Assembly (NCBI GenBank): GCA_036172245.1
Contig: JAYWIR010000045.1
Span: forward strand, 310,001-374,000
DNA length: 64,000 nucleotides
Source: Raillietiella orientalis
Lineage: Eukaryota
Direction: 5' to 3'
Shown in pieces: positions 50,287 through 63,500 of this stretch. The translations under genes and the position numbers were made by a program. Every line of letters starts with the position of its first letter. The first letter of the stretch is position 1. The notes beneath the pieces are model-generated. The model was given only the letters and a program-made list of their open reading frames with translations. It had not been told where the DNA came from and ran no database searches.

Positions 50287-51150
50287 AACCCAGTTGCGCC
50301 GGGACGTTTATTCTGAAACAAGAACAAAATAAACTACAAAGAGGAGGGAAAAAGTATGCCCTCAGAAACACGAAACGCAAAAAAAAGGTTCGCTGGGGAT
50401 AACCACTGGCGCGCAAACCGGTTTCCAAAAACCAGGGAACGGAGGGAGCGGAAAATAAATAAATAAAAAAAGACGGGAGGGTGGGGACAGGGGTCTTTGG
50501 TGTGTAACATTTCATAATTTTCAGAAGCGGCTGTGGATGGTGGCGATCTCCCTGGCGACTTTTCTAGGCAGATGAGGCCACCTTGCTGCTGCCATGCTGG
50601 TGGCCTCTCTTTGCCGCGAACTTGATTCCAGCATATTCCAGGAGGACTCTCACGGTGGCGCGGATGCAACCGATTGCTGCGATCACAGCGCCCTTCTTCA
50701 GTCTGCTGTCCGTGATGAATCGCAGCGGCAAGTCCTTTCCAGTGTCCTGCGGTCGACGGAACGAGTTTCCGCCACAAGTCCTCGAGGGCACTGCGCTTAG
50801 ACAGTTCGAGGAGGCAACTCCTTCGGAGACCAGATGTCTGCGTTGATTGCACTGGGATCCCCAGTGCAGAAACAGCAGAATGTCCTGTTTCTATCGTAGC
50901 GGGAACACGGAGGTGTCCACGCGAAGGGAAGGGATCACGAGTTCTTCGGGAGGGGCACACCAAGCAGGTCTGGCGTGGAATGGCGACTTCCGAGGGACTG
51001 GCTCAACATGCTAGGTGCAGTGGAACACTTCCGCGTGTTTTTGCAAAGTTGCAGAGTGCAGACTCTCGACGACTCGGACGATGTGAAGGTCTCGGTCCGA
51101 GAGTTCTGAGAGCGTTTCCCCCTGGACCATCTCCCATGAGAATTCGGCGA
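50287..51150 (-). mobile_element. L1/Tx1-clade C-terminus and 3' UTR
   Basis: HWG(I)P-type segment, AVIAAIGCIRATVR; terminus aataaac-gtcccggcgcaactgggtt. Confidence 0.75.
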
Positions 51151-51152
51151 TG

Positions 51153-52190
51153 CCACCCTGATACGCCGGTACGTTTATTCGAACTCTTCAAATAGTCATA
51201 AAAATACGTGGTACAAGTCCCCACTTACGGCCAACATTTAACAGGACCTGCCGGGATGCCAGTACGCAGACCAGCGTGACTCTCCTCGGCAGTGGAAGGT
51301 GATGGGGAAAAAACAAAAAGGAAAATAAAACCAATGAAACAAAAAAAGAGTTTGGAGGGTCGAGAAGGGATCACTGACCACTGGGAGGAGGGTCCATCCT
51401 TTGTGGGATGCCCTCGGGGTCCTTCTTCATTCCACCAGCTGGCACCATCTGGTAGCTCTCTGCAGGAAGCGAACAGCATACGGGATGACGTCCCTTTCGT
51501 TGGCATCTTCATCTTCGGCTTCACTCCAGGCCGCCACAATCCCTCGGATGCAACAAAGTGCTTCCAAGGCTGCGGCTGACTGCAGAGCGTCCCGCACGAA
51601 GAGAAGGCTGTAAACGTCTCTGGGGTTGCCGCCAACCGGTAACCCGAGGGTCGTCCCGAAACGTTCCCACCGGGGCCGGAGGGCAGGACAGTCAACTATC
51701 AGATGGGGGAGGGACTCCCGCTCCCCGCACCTGGCACACTCAGGATTTACTCTCCCACGCGTCCAGTAAAAGCACGGATTCTTGCCACTTCAGGAGGAGA
51801 ATCCTGGATCCGTTCAGCACTGGATGCCACTTCAGGTCATCCTTCTGGATGCCCAGCAGCTCACCCCATCTTAAAATTCCTCGCGGAAGAACCCACGGGG
51901 TCATATCATCCGCCAGTTCTTTCATGGTCCAACCGCTTATCTTCTTCTCTCTGCCTGCGAGGATTCGGTGTGGGTATTCGGAACGAAAGAATGTACTTGC
52001 AGACTCGTCGCTACACCCGAGCACCGGACATCCGCCGACTAGCCAGGGTCGTGCGGCAAGCCTGACATTCCGGATCGGCCAGCCTGCTGGACGACGACAA
52101 CCAGGAGCACTCCAACCCTGAGGTGGTAAAGCGCCTAGCACGCAGTTACTCCTTCCTGTATGCTAGGTCACTCTAGAGCAGGGCAGCTCT
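51153..52190 (-). mobile_element. L1/Tx1-clade C-terminus and 3' UTR, in tandem with the preceding copy
   Basis: GREKKISGWTMKELAD...LLLKWQESVLLL; structured UTR; aataaac-gtaccggcgtatcagggtgg. Confidence 0.8.
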
Positions 52191-52229
52191 CGGCTCTAGC
52201 TTCCGGAAGGCTCCCCAGAAATCGGGGAG

Positions 52230-54775
52230 AAGGGGAGAGCATGCCTGGACGAGCCTTTCACGATCGGTGAAATCATCACCACAATCGGAAAGCTCATGAG
52301 GCGGAAGGCTCCAGGGGAAGACGGCCTGCCTGGGGAGTTCTTCCAATGCTTTGCGGCGGAGCTGCTGATTCGGGAGACAGGAGACGTTCCCGCCTCCTTC
52401 TGATCAGCACGGATGCGTCTCCTCCCGAAGGGAGGGGACTTAACGGAATCTAAGCAACTGGCGTCCTATCACCGCGTTCAACGCGGACTTTAAGTAGCTA
52501 GAGAAACTTTGGTCGGAGCGATTAGGACGGGTGGCGGAAAGCTTCATTAGTCCGAAGCAGACTTACGCTGTTCCCGCGCGGAGCATGGACGCCAACCTTT
52601 TCTTCGCGAACACCTGGTTTGAGTTCCAGTGGAGCAGAGCGAAAGAGCAGAGGGAACACGGTCGGCACCCCGATTTCCGGGACGTCCACCGAGTGGTCGG
52701 GATGGTCGGGAAGGAGAGGGGGCCCTTGAAGTCGCAGTCGACTTGCGAAAAGCATTTGACTGCGTCGACCAGGAACTTCTGGAGCTCTTAGAACGCCTGG
52801 GATTCCCGGCCTCTTTGACGGCCTTTCTGCGCTTTACTGGCGCAACGCGCTGACCACTGTTTCTTTCAGTGGACGAAGGGTGTACGGTGTGCCAGTGAGT
52901 TGCAGGGTATGGCAGGGCAACAGCCTGAGCCCCTTGCTCTTCAGCACCTACTTTGAGTTGGTACTGAGAGCGTACAGGGAGACTGGAGCACCTGCCACGC
53001 GATTGTCCCGCTACGCCTGCGGTTTCAGCATACGTGGACGATCTTCTGCTGCTGCTCCCTATGTCCATCCCGGCTTCCGCGGTCGAGGAGTTCTTCGACT
53101 TCCTAAGTCGGGGGACAGGACTAAGGGTGAACCGGGCAAAGTCGTCCGTGAAGGCAGTCGGTGCGGCGTGGGCAGGGCAGCTGGACTGCATCCTCTTGCG
53201 GATCCCCACGGTCCGGTACTTTAATTACCTCGGTGTGCCGCTGGGGGACTACTCTACGGCGGAGGCGTGGTCCAGCAGCCTCCAGAAGGCTGAGACGGCG
53301 ATCGGCCCGTTCCGGGATGGCAAGTTACTCCTGCCGGAACGGGCCGCAGTGTGGAACGCTTTTGTGGTCCTTCTCTTTTGCCACCTGCTTTTTGTTTGCT
53401 CACCACCAAGTATCATTAAAAGGCAGACGAAAAACCTCCTGAGAATCGCCCTGTGGGGTAGAGAAAGGCCCCGAGCCCGACGGAGGCCTCTACCTCCTGA
53501 TGCTTGAGCGCCTGGAGCGGCAGCACCAGTGGAGGACGCTTGCCCAAGTGGCACAGCTTTGAAGCAACTGATGAGAGCCTGCACGATACCTGGTCAAGCG
53601 GGCCACCGACTACGCGGGACTGTCTTCATTCCTGGAGCAGTGGCGCCGATGCCACGTGTCCAGCTGAAGACTGGATCTCCGGCGAGTGGCCAAGCTGACC
53701 AGGACCAACAACTGGAACTTCTATCGGCCCGCGAACGGTAGTGCCTGGTTGCAGGGAACCGTTCGCATGTGGTCAAACAATAACGAAGCAAGCTTGGAAA
53801 TGCGGCAGAGACTGCTGCACTCCTTTTGCAGCTCGCTGCAGGATGTCATCGTGCAGCTTAAAACATGTGCGTGGGCACAAAGAACCTCCGTAGCCACGGC
53901 ACTGCCCTCTCTCAGGGAGCACTTGGGCAATAACCGGCCGGCCAAATGGAAGGCCCGATGTGAGATCAGAGGAAGAGAGAAGGAATTAGGTGGTTGGCCA
54001 GCTCACGGACGCTGCCATCCCAAGTGCTCTAGCGAAAGGACTATTGCTCTGGGATGAGCTGCTGGAATCCCACAGGAAGATCTCGAGTGGCCCCCGGCGC
54101 TGAAGAACAACCGAACTCTCACCCTGAAATGGCAGGAGTCGGAGCTTCTGCTGTTGCACTGGGGTCTCCTGTGCAACGCTTGCCGGTCTCACTGGACCCT
54201 GGAGGCTGTGGATCCCAACTGTTGCAGATGAGGGGAACGGGAATCCCTCCGTCACCTGCTCTTACACTGTGCTGCCCTCTGGTCCCTGTGGTTGCGTTAC
54301 TCATCGGCCCTTGGGGCATAAAAGGACAATCCCAGGGACGTGTTGAAGCGCCTCTTTGTGCGCGATGCCCTTTCGCCTGCCGCATCCCTAGCAGCAGCTC
54401 TTTGCTGCCTACGAGGGATTGTGGGGGTCTGCGGCTAGGCGAGAGAAGGACGGCGCTATAGGGACGCCATCTGCTTCTCCCCGCGCTTCCTGCGGACGTC
54501 AGCGAGATGGCCTCACCTGGGACATACCCAGAAGAAATTTGCCAGCATCCTTTAAAGGATGGAGAGGACGTCCTCCATCACCCAGTGATCCTTTTCTTAA
54601 CTCTCCCAATTTTTGTATATACTTGCCTCCTCCCCCTCCACTGCCGAGGCAAACCTCGCCGGCCTGCGTGTCGGTTACTCGGCATGTTCCGAGCATTTTT
54701 CGGACAACGTACGGTCGATGACCCTATTCATGTATGTTTATTTTTCATAATAAACGTCCCGGTGTGATCAGGTGA
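52230..54775 (+). mobile_element. Degenerate L1/Tx1-clade LINE: RT domain to 3' end
   Basis: KAPGEDGLPGEF, NWRPI, DLRKAFDCVD, QGNSLSPLLFS, AYVDDLL, YFNYLG, HWG.PVQ CCHC region; aataaac-gtcccggtgtgatcaggtga. Confidence 0.9.
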
Positions 54776-54789
54776 TAAACGAAACAGTT

Positions 54790-57700
54790 TATTCCACCGA
54801 AAAAGTCCCTTTGTCCGGATACGAGGAGTGGTGGCGTTCACCATCTCCCTCGTCTTGCAGACGTTCAAAAGTTTTTCGATTCCTGCAATGTTGTGGAACT
54901 CTTACCCCGCCGGTTGGCTGCAGATGTTGCTTGCCCTGAGGGCAGACGACGCAAGGGGTGTGACGGTTATCCGGGACCATTGCGTTCAATCCTGCAAGAG
55001 ATCTCCTAGCGGCTTGCCTAGGAGACCCTGCAGCGGTCTCAGTTTCTCTGGGAGCACTTCCAAAGTGGCAGCCCAGGACTCCAGAGCCTCCTGCAGCCAG
55101 TTTTCCTAGTTTCTGAGACATCAAGAGATCCACAGATAGGATAATAATAATGAGGACGGATGCCTCAGGGATTGGCCGAATCCAGTCCCTCGGTGTAGGT
55201 TGCACGACAGTAGCGAAAGAAGTGCTCTCCTAACGCACTGCTGGAGAATGTGACGTGCTGAGGTACACCAGTGTGAGGACCACAGTTTCCTACACAGGAA
55301 CTGAACCTGCAATCCGATCTTGTCGATGGTCAGGAGGCGCAGCCGGCGTTCTGGCGCGGCAATACCGATTCTTTTAATCGGATTTTGGCTTTTGGTAGGA
55401 GGCTTTGTGTTTGCATCTTCGCCGAATGCGTGGGTGGACAAACAAAAAAAATAGGGTGAAGGACGGGGGTAACAAAGGTGTTTCAGATGGAGATCCTCAC
55501 CGGCAAGACGAACTTGCCATCGAGGAACAGACCGAGAGCCATCTCTGTCTTTTGAAGGCAGGCCGACCACGCTTCTGACAAGCAGAAGTCTCCCAACGGA
55601 ACGCCAAGGTACTTGAAGTACCTGCTCATGGGATCCTTAGGCGGATCAAGTCGGCCTGCCCCTCCCACGATGCACTCACCGGTACGATCGTGCACTCCGT
55701 TCTGTTGACTCTCATGAATGCCCCCCGGCGGATCAGCTCGAAGAAGTCCTGGAGCCTCGCTGCCTGAGTGGACATAGGTAGCAGGAGCAGCAGATCGTCC
55801 GCGTAGGCTGCCACGGACGGCGTGCACGGGCAGAGACTGGGCAGGTTCTCAGCTCAAATACGCTCTTAGCACCACCTCAAATTAGATGCTAAAGAGCAGA
55901 GGGCTTAAACTGTTGTTCTGCCTGATACCCCTGCGTACGGAGACACCGTACACGTGACAGTCGCTGAAATAAAGGTTCAGTAATGCATTGCATCAGCAGA
56001 AGCGCAAGCACAGAAGGAGGTGGATTGGGAGTCTGAAATGCTCTGGGAGCTCCGTGAGGAGTTTCTGGTTGACGCAGTCGAACGATTTATGCAGATCAAC
56101 TGAGACCTCCAAGGCTCCCGGCCTTTTTCCCATCTGTCGGCACTGGCGCTTGCAGCCGGCAGGAGCTCTCTCACTGTTGTACGGCGGTACGACGCAACGC
56201 GTTCCTGTAGCTGAAATTGGGTGCGCTCGAAAAGGAGGTTCGCATCCATGGACCTCCTGAAGACAGCGTAAGTCTGCGAGGCGGTAAGTCCGGGATTACT
56301 GCGGACTCCGCAATACGTCCTAGTCTCGCAACCCGCAGCTTCGAAAACAACTTGACATCCTTGTTCACCAACCTGTTCGGACGCCAGTTGTTGAGGAAGC
56401 GCAAATCTCCGCCTTTCGGCAGGAGACGCACCTTCTCTGAGCGGAAGGAAGCAGGGACATCTCCCGCCTTCCTCACCAGCGACGAGAGGCTTAGCACCAG
56501 GGGGTGAGTTCCGCCGCAAAGCTCTGGAAGAACTCTGCGAGGCAGCCCATCTTCGCCGGCTGCCTTCCGTCTCTTTAGCTCCACAGTGGCGGAAGAGATC
56601 TCCTCCGCTGTGAAGGGCTCGTCGAGGCGCACACGTTCCGCTTCGCCGACGACAAAAGCATCCTGCGACAGAAGTGCCTCCGAGAGGCTGTCCTCTGTTG
56701 GGACTTTTGCGTACAGCGAGGAGTAACAACGCCTTACAACTCTCCGCACGTCGGCTGGGGGCGAGCAATCCTGACCCTGATCGTCGAGCAGGCCTGCCGC
56801 TCCAGGTCTGGCAGTTCTATGCCAGACCTGCAGCTCGGTCCTAGCCTTGTACTCTTCGAGACACCGGACTTCCGGGCGCATCTGGACAAAGTGCAGGCCT
56901 GCAGAAACGCTCTGCTGTTGGCCACGCCTTCTCCGAAGCCTCGTGAAAGCAAGTGCAAGGGGGATTGACAGCATAAATCGCGGAACGACCTTTTCAGATC
57001 GTCCCGGTCCACGAGTTCCTGGATAGCGAATGAGGGCGATGAAACACCGAATGGTGACTCTGGATAGCAGCTCTTGCGAGACGAAGAACAGGAAGCTGAG
57101 GAAGCAACGTGCTGAGGGTCAATGAGCGCTGAAGTTGAACAGAGGAGGAATTCCGGAAGAATGTTGAGAGTCCTTCCTCTAACGTGTTATCCAATTGTAA
57201 CTCAAAACAATAAAAACTGCACTGCCTGAGTTGGATTGCACGAAAGAGTGCCCGAAACAGTTGCACCTCGTAGAAAATCGACTCCTTCTGCTTCGATTTC
57301 TTCGTTTCCGGTTTGAAGCAGCCAAACAGAGAACATTAGAAAGGACCTCTGCCTGGAAGTTCCAACAAAAGAGAACGCGAATTGAGCCATTTTGGTCTCT
57401 TCCCAGCTCTGCCGCGGGGAAATTCGCTAGAAGTCGACCTGCGAGTCCAGACTCGCCGAAAGCTTTAAAGTCAGGTAATAAACCCAGTGTCCCACATTGC
57501 TTGGTCATTGTGCATTGTGGCCACATACTAGTTTGGACCGTTTCGTCGCACTCCACATAAGGACATTGGCGACAGGAGATGCCTGACTGGGATGGCAACC
57601 ACATTCTTCTTCCATTCTTCTTCCTTCTTCCACTTGGAAGGGGATAGCCAAAGGGCAGGCAGGCAACTGGTGGGACTGAACAGGTGAACATTAGTCTGAG

Positions 57701-58700
57701 AAGGGCCCGACGAGCACGAATGAGGAGTTGCAGCGTCTCTGCTATGCTCGGAGCACTCCTGCTTCAGCCTAAGCAGGACCAAGAGACAACTTTTAACCCT
57801 CGCTGATGAGGAGTCGGTCACTCCATCGGAAACGTATGCGTACTGCGTCGCTCGATGCACGTCCCTTGGGTGTATCGAGCGTTCTTTGGAAGAATCGAAC
57901 ATCTACGAGATGCTCACTCAGGTGTCCTCTTATCCCTGCTTTCCTCTCCTTCCATGTAGGAATGTAGCTATGGCTACGTCGACGATCTTCATCTCGCAGC
58001 TTGATTGGACTACACCAGTCCAGCATTCGTGAGCTCCTCCCAGCAGAGAAATCCCTTTCTCCTTCTCATATTCTTGGCACAGCCCCAAGCACCTCGAGGC
58101 CAGTTCCGCTCCGTTGCACCCAGGTCACTCCTTGGCTGCGCTTCTTCCTCTTCCCGTGTTTGCGTGCGCTTCCTGAGAATTTGGGGTTGCGTAGCTCCTT
58201 AGCGCGGACTTCTCCTTCGGGTTTCCGCAGACGGTCTGGGAGCAACAGGCAAATACGGGTCAGCGGTGTTTGATGATCATTGCGCCGATCAGCGGATGCA
58301 GCAGCTAGAGATTTCCCGCAGCTCAGCATCCCAATAGTGCTTGTCCTCCTTGACATCAGAGATATCCTTCAAGCGTCACGAGCCATTCGCCTAAGCCGTT
58401 CTAATCTGCAAGATCTCTTTCATTTTTCAGCCTTAGTTCACCATGACTTCCCTTTCCATCTTTTTATCTTCATTTCATCTTTGAATAAAGGGGGAGGGGA
58501 TGCAACTTGGAAGACGATGATGGTGGTCGTGTGGATTCCCGACGGCACGTTTCTGGTCCGTTTTCTCAATCGTGTTTCGAGAATTGCAAGACGTGCATCC
58601 GAGACTTTGGCGCCGAACGTGGATTGAGCATGGGCGGCTGCGACCCACAACATCGCAACCATTCATGCGGCAGACTTGGGGATCGCATCGAGGCGAGATT
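54790..58700 (-). mobile_element. Most complete L1/Tx1-clade relic (ORF1 knuckle, APE, RT; 3' end missing)
   Basis: CTSC knuckle (~58590), RSQGV and SYIPT (APE), KAAGEDGLP and LLPKGGDLRFLNNWRP (ORF 56171-56974), AAYADDLL, YFKYLG. Confidence 0.85.
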
Positions 58701-60049
58701 TATGAGGAGGGATGAGAATGAGATCCGATCCCCTTCGGTTCGCGAGCGCGGACGTTCATGAATTATACCGGCGATCAGTGCGAAGAGATGTGCAGCTGTG
58801 CCTTGCTGCATCCCAAAGCATGCAGGACAAAAAAAAAGGAAAGTTTTTTCCATCAAGCGTTTCCCGACGGACGGTTTCGAATTGGAGTCGCGAACGGTCG
58901 GGATGATTAAAGGATCCAAGCTGCCCCTACTCTTAGATCGTGGTGTGGCCTGGAACATTCTTCCTAGCTGGAGCATTCATTCAAGCTACAGGGATGATGT
59001 GCTCTTGTTGGGCCAATGCAGGACGGCAACTCGGATGAGAAGCTGGTTTTGGACGTAGGGGCTGTTTTCATCTTTTTTCTTCTTTCATCTGGGGAGGAAG
59101 ATCTATGATTAGGCAGTTTCACCGCCAGTTGGAAGATGCGTGCTTTCTTCTGACAGGTGAGGGAGCTGCAAGGAGTGAGGAGAGACTATTGAAATCCGTT
59201 TTCCATCGCCCCTCTCTTTCCTTGAAAAGTCATCAGATACTTTAGAGGACCGTAGGACAGAGAATGCAAAGGGTGATCAATTTTTTTCTCGTGCTTTTTT
59301 GGACGAGCTGAAATTATGAGTCTGCATGAGTCTCATTTCGGATTTCGGCAACAGATGCTTGTAGTTGAGGAGCATTTACCCGCCTAGCCCAGACACGTTC
59401 TCAGGACAAACTCTGATGGTCGTGATCCGTCATGAATTCTGATGAATGACTGTTTGGACTGATGGTCTAACAAAGGGACCACTAATGATAGGCACGTCCG
59501 ATGAGGATTCTTCCTGTTGGAACGCTTCGTCGGCTGCAACAAGTAGCTATCCACTCGAAAGCTTTCCAAAGTGTCTTCTTCGCTCCTTCCCACGACCCTC
59601 GCCAAAGAGAGTTCCGGTTCTCTATGTGAAACGATGTGAAGAATCATAGGAGACCTCTTTTTCTCATCAGATCACTGGCTCATATGTAGTCCTTCCTACG
59701 ACCATTTCATTTTCATAAAATTTGTCTGCGCGTGAGCTCTCCGATGATTCAGACCGTTCTCTCTGGTGGTCCCCATATTGAGCTTCTCTCTTTTTCTCAT
59801 GGTTTATTTTTGGTCTCCTAATTATACAGCCCCGTAGATTTCAGACCCAAAAGATCATTGGCGCGAGCTGCTGAAAAAATCAATTTGAAAAACAAAAGAG
59901 AGAGAGGGGGGGGGATACGAACTCTTAAGTTTCCGAAGAGCTTTTCCGCTAACCTGTTGCTGTGCCCAGTGCGATGAGCATTGAGGTCTCCTACGGAGTT
60001 TCGTAAACTCGCAGCAGAGTAATTTCAGCTTATTGCTAACCGAGTTCGG

Positions 60050-60520
60050 CCATAGGGAAGAGACAAAGGCAGCTTGGATGCTTTAATTCTTATGCAAACT
60101 TCCGTGATTATTCCTGACCCAGAAGAAAACAAATTCACTTGAAATCCTTCCACCTTCCGTTCCTCCACCTGCTGAAGGACCGGAATTTCCAAATATTGAA
60201 TCCTTCCGTTAAGTGGGCAGCAATCTCTCATTCATATTCCTCACTGATGAGTGGATGATGGTGATGATGGTTGTTGCCGAGTGCTTTCTCCAGTTGCAGC
60301 GATCACACGTTCGTACATGATTGTACCCCCGGAAGCCCATCGCCCCATGGAAAAGTAGGTATTTCATTTCGCTCCGGAGGAACGTGTGTGAATGTTTTTT
60401 TTTTGACCGCCACGATTTCAATACAGAAATGCGATCAGAGGCAATGAACAGCGGAAAAGTCCGTTTTCCAGACACGTCCTTGCCATCCGGGTGAATTGAA
60501 TACGTGGAAGCTGGAGAATC
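60050..60520 (-). pseudogene. Possible trypsin-like serine protease remnant
   Basis: Frameshifted IHP...SAVHCL, IIH...EIA and PSCL segments in chymotrypsin-family order; no GDSGG seen. Confidence 0.2.
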
Positions 60521-63500
60521 GAGAGAACAGGACGCCGTTCCCGTTTCTATTCTGGAATCACATTCTTCCAGAAAAACCACAGCAGAAAACCTCATCATGA
60601 GCAGGTTCTCTGTCTGCGTGATTGAAGGGTCATCCGGCACAGTGCTGTCAAAGTCGGCGCTTGAAATTCAAATTTTCAGACAATGTTTTCTGTGCCAATG
60701 AAAAAACGACCACAACATTTTCTCATTTAAGAGCGTTCAAAATTTATAAAAAAGACGAGGAAGAAAATGGAATTCCTCTGTTGCCTGAAAAAAAACTAAA
60801 CAAATCGTATATGACAAATCGATGGGTATGGATATTAGAATTCTGCATTCGCCATATATTTCGCCCCTTTCCATAATCCCTGACGGCAGAAGAGCGATTC
60901 CGGCAGATTCCAGCATCTCCTGCAGAAATTTGCGACGCAGAGAGAGGAAAATGCATTTGGATGCAGGAATCCGTACCACGAGGAACAGCGCATGGTGGCA
61001 TTTTCGTAGGAACTTTAGTCTGAGCGTTTCCAAGTTTCTCATCCTTCCCCTTGGAAACCTCGGCTCTTTTCTTGATTGAACAGAGAAGTCGCATATAGGA
61101 GAGAGGGGATCGGTCCTCTGCACTCGTGAGCATCTTCGCTTCAACGCAAAACTCCAACAGCCTTTCGGGATAGACTCCCACGTGAATCGATAGATTTCCG
61201 GGTGGCTAATCCGTTACAAAAATGAGACCAACCGCCACATCGAGAGGTAGACGGACGCGCCGAGAATAGAACGTTTCCCCTTCACTCTTTGAGTGCTCAT
61301 TCTGCAGCAGCGGCTTGTAACAGCATTTAGCATGGGAAGATGCACTTGAAAAAGCTCTGTGGATAAAGGATGACCATTTCTCACCTGCATCCAGCACGTA
61401 TGCACAGTTCTCAAGTGAGAAAATAATTATCTGGATTCGTCAGAAGTCAGCATCCAGACAGTCCTCTGACTCACATCTGAAAGGAAAATCGGCACCACCA
61501 AAATACGCTCAAGAGGGAAGCAATGATGAAATCATTCATAATTCAGCTTCCCGCATTCATGATGCATTTTTTTATCCTAAGGGGGAGGTGAAGAGGAGTA
61601 TATCAAGTTAAAATAAGGCGAGAATTGGAGCTTGATGATGGAAGCAAGAAGCACAACAGCAGCTGGCAACGGGATGCCCAAAGCCGCTTCCCAGTGGTCT
61701 TCGACGTTCTTACACTTGCATGCTGCGGTGATTTTGATATCTTTCGATGAGCGTAAGTCTCTCATAGGTGGGGGTCAAACGTGTCATCGCCTAGGAAGAA
61801 AATACAAGCATCCTTCAGGTGACAATATTTGTACCACCCATTAGATCTGAATAGCTTTGCCGTGAAGAGTCATTTCCTCATGATGGATGATCGCACCTTG
61901 AATTTGGACATCTTGGTTAAGAGCTGCTTGAAACATTTTTGAGAGCAACCTGTGAAAAGCGGATTGAAAATTAACAAATCGAGTAATTGTAACCTTAATC
62001 GAGATAGAAGCTACTCGAGAGTAATTTCTTTGATGATCGCTGTGCTTTCCTTTCCCTTGAATGGATAAGTTCGTTCAGCGTTCTTTGATTGCAAACGCAA
62101 AAAGGCTGAAGACGAACTCTCGTAGTTGTCATGGCAAAGAGTTATTTTACTCTGAGATCAAAGAGTTGTCGATGAGATCGCACACATTACCTTTACCAGA
62201 AATGATAAACATCTTTTTTTTTTTTTTAATACCTCGCTGGGATGTAATTTTAATTCCAAGTCCAGAAGGGATCTGAATCGCTTTAGCAACGGAAGCAGAA
62301 AGCCCAACAGTTTTTAAGAGGAGTTTTTCCAACGTCTTCTCAAAAAAACGAGCACCATTTACAGCTTGGAAAACATAAGCGTTGAGACCTCTTGAGACCT
62401 TACTTTTGAGACCCACTACATCAACATGACCTAACACCGTGCAAGTGTTCGATTGAAACCCTTGGGAAAGAAGATGTTGAAATGTGTTGAAATTCATTTA
62501 TCTTGGTCCATGCAGCTTGAAAGGCAATCCAAGCGATCACAGAACCTCTCCGAAAAACGAGGATGAGATCAAGAGCTATTGATTATCATTACACCCGCTG
62601 AGGAAACCCTGTCTATCCTTAATGATTCATCACTTGGGAGTATTCCTCATACACAAGTGAGAAAACGTAAAGAGACGTAGGTTCCATCCAGAAACAGCCA
62701 AAATTTGGAAATTTTGGGGTTTTATACAAATGTGTACGTTATTTACGTGGAAGCATCCTGCAGTCACCCATCTTGATAATTTTTTGCTCCCTTATCTGTA
62801 GACTTGTGCGGAGTATTGCGATGCCCGAAACTCATGACTTGCAGAACATTTCAGGTTTCAGATGACGATTTCAAAGATGCTGTGTTCAGTGGGACACTGA
62901 TTTTTAAACAGAAAGAAATCCTTCCACGGAGCCATCTCTGTAACTTCCATTTTTTTTCCTCCGCATCTCCTGTCTAGAGCATGGTTTTCAAGAAATCCTT
63001 CTGGCATGCACCATTCAAATGAGCAACCGAATGCAGCTCTGAACCTTCGCCTCCCAATTGAAGTGCTCACCTGACATGCGGTGCTGATGACTGTTTCCAG
63101 AACGATGGCTTGGGTGCGGCGATCACGTCACTTCAGGACTTCATAGGGCGCCCCTAACCGGAAAACGTGGAAATGTGCGCAGCGTGTACTCCGACATCCG
63201 TGTTTGCATTTCTCGTTTGCTCTGAAAGCAGGCATTTTCACTCCTTCGACCGAAACAAGGAGGTTAGATGGGGACTTTGGTTGTGCTGTTTGCTCTAAGG
63301 CCCTTCCCAGTAATCGGAATGACAGAGGAAACATAACAGGGGAGTGAGGAGGAGGGGGGAGGGATCGCTTTCCTGAAAAATTCAATTTCCCGCTTTCTCA
63401 GGAATTGCTCCCTGGATAAGAAACAGGTGGCTCAAGAGTTCGACAGAGTCTGTTTCAAAGCAGCATGATCAGAAATGCTGAACTGGATAATGGTTAAGGA

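Noticed and set aside
57796..57856. CTGATGA-ggagt..actcc-atcg-GAAA..GTC hammerhead-like motif
   Set aside because: There is a 4-nt insertion before GAAA, stem I cannot pair, and it lies in LINE endonuclease sequence
62147..62497. ORF with VLGHVD, like the IF2/eIF5B G1 motif
   Set aside because: No GKT follows and no other GTPase motifs are present
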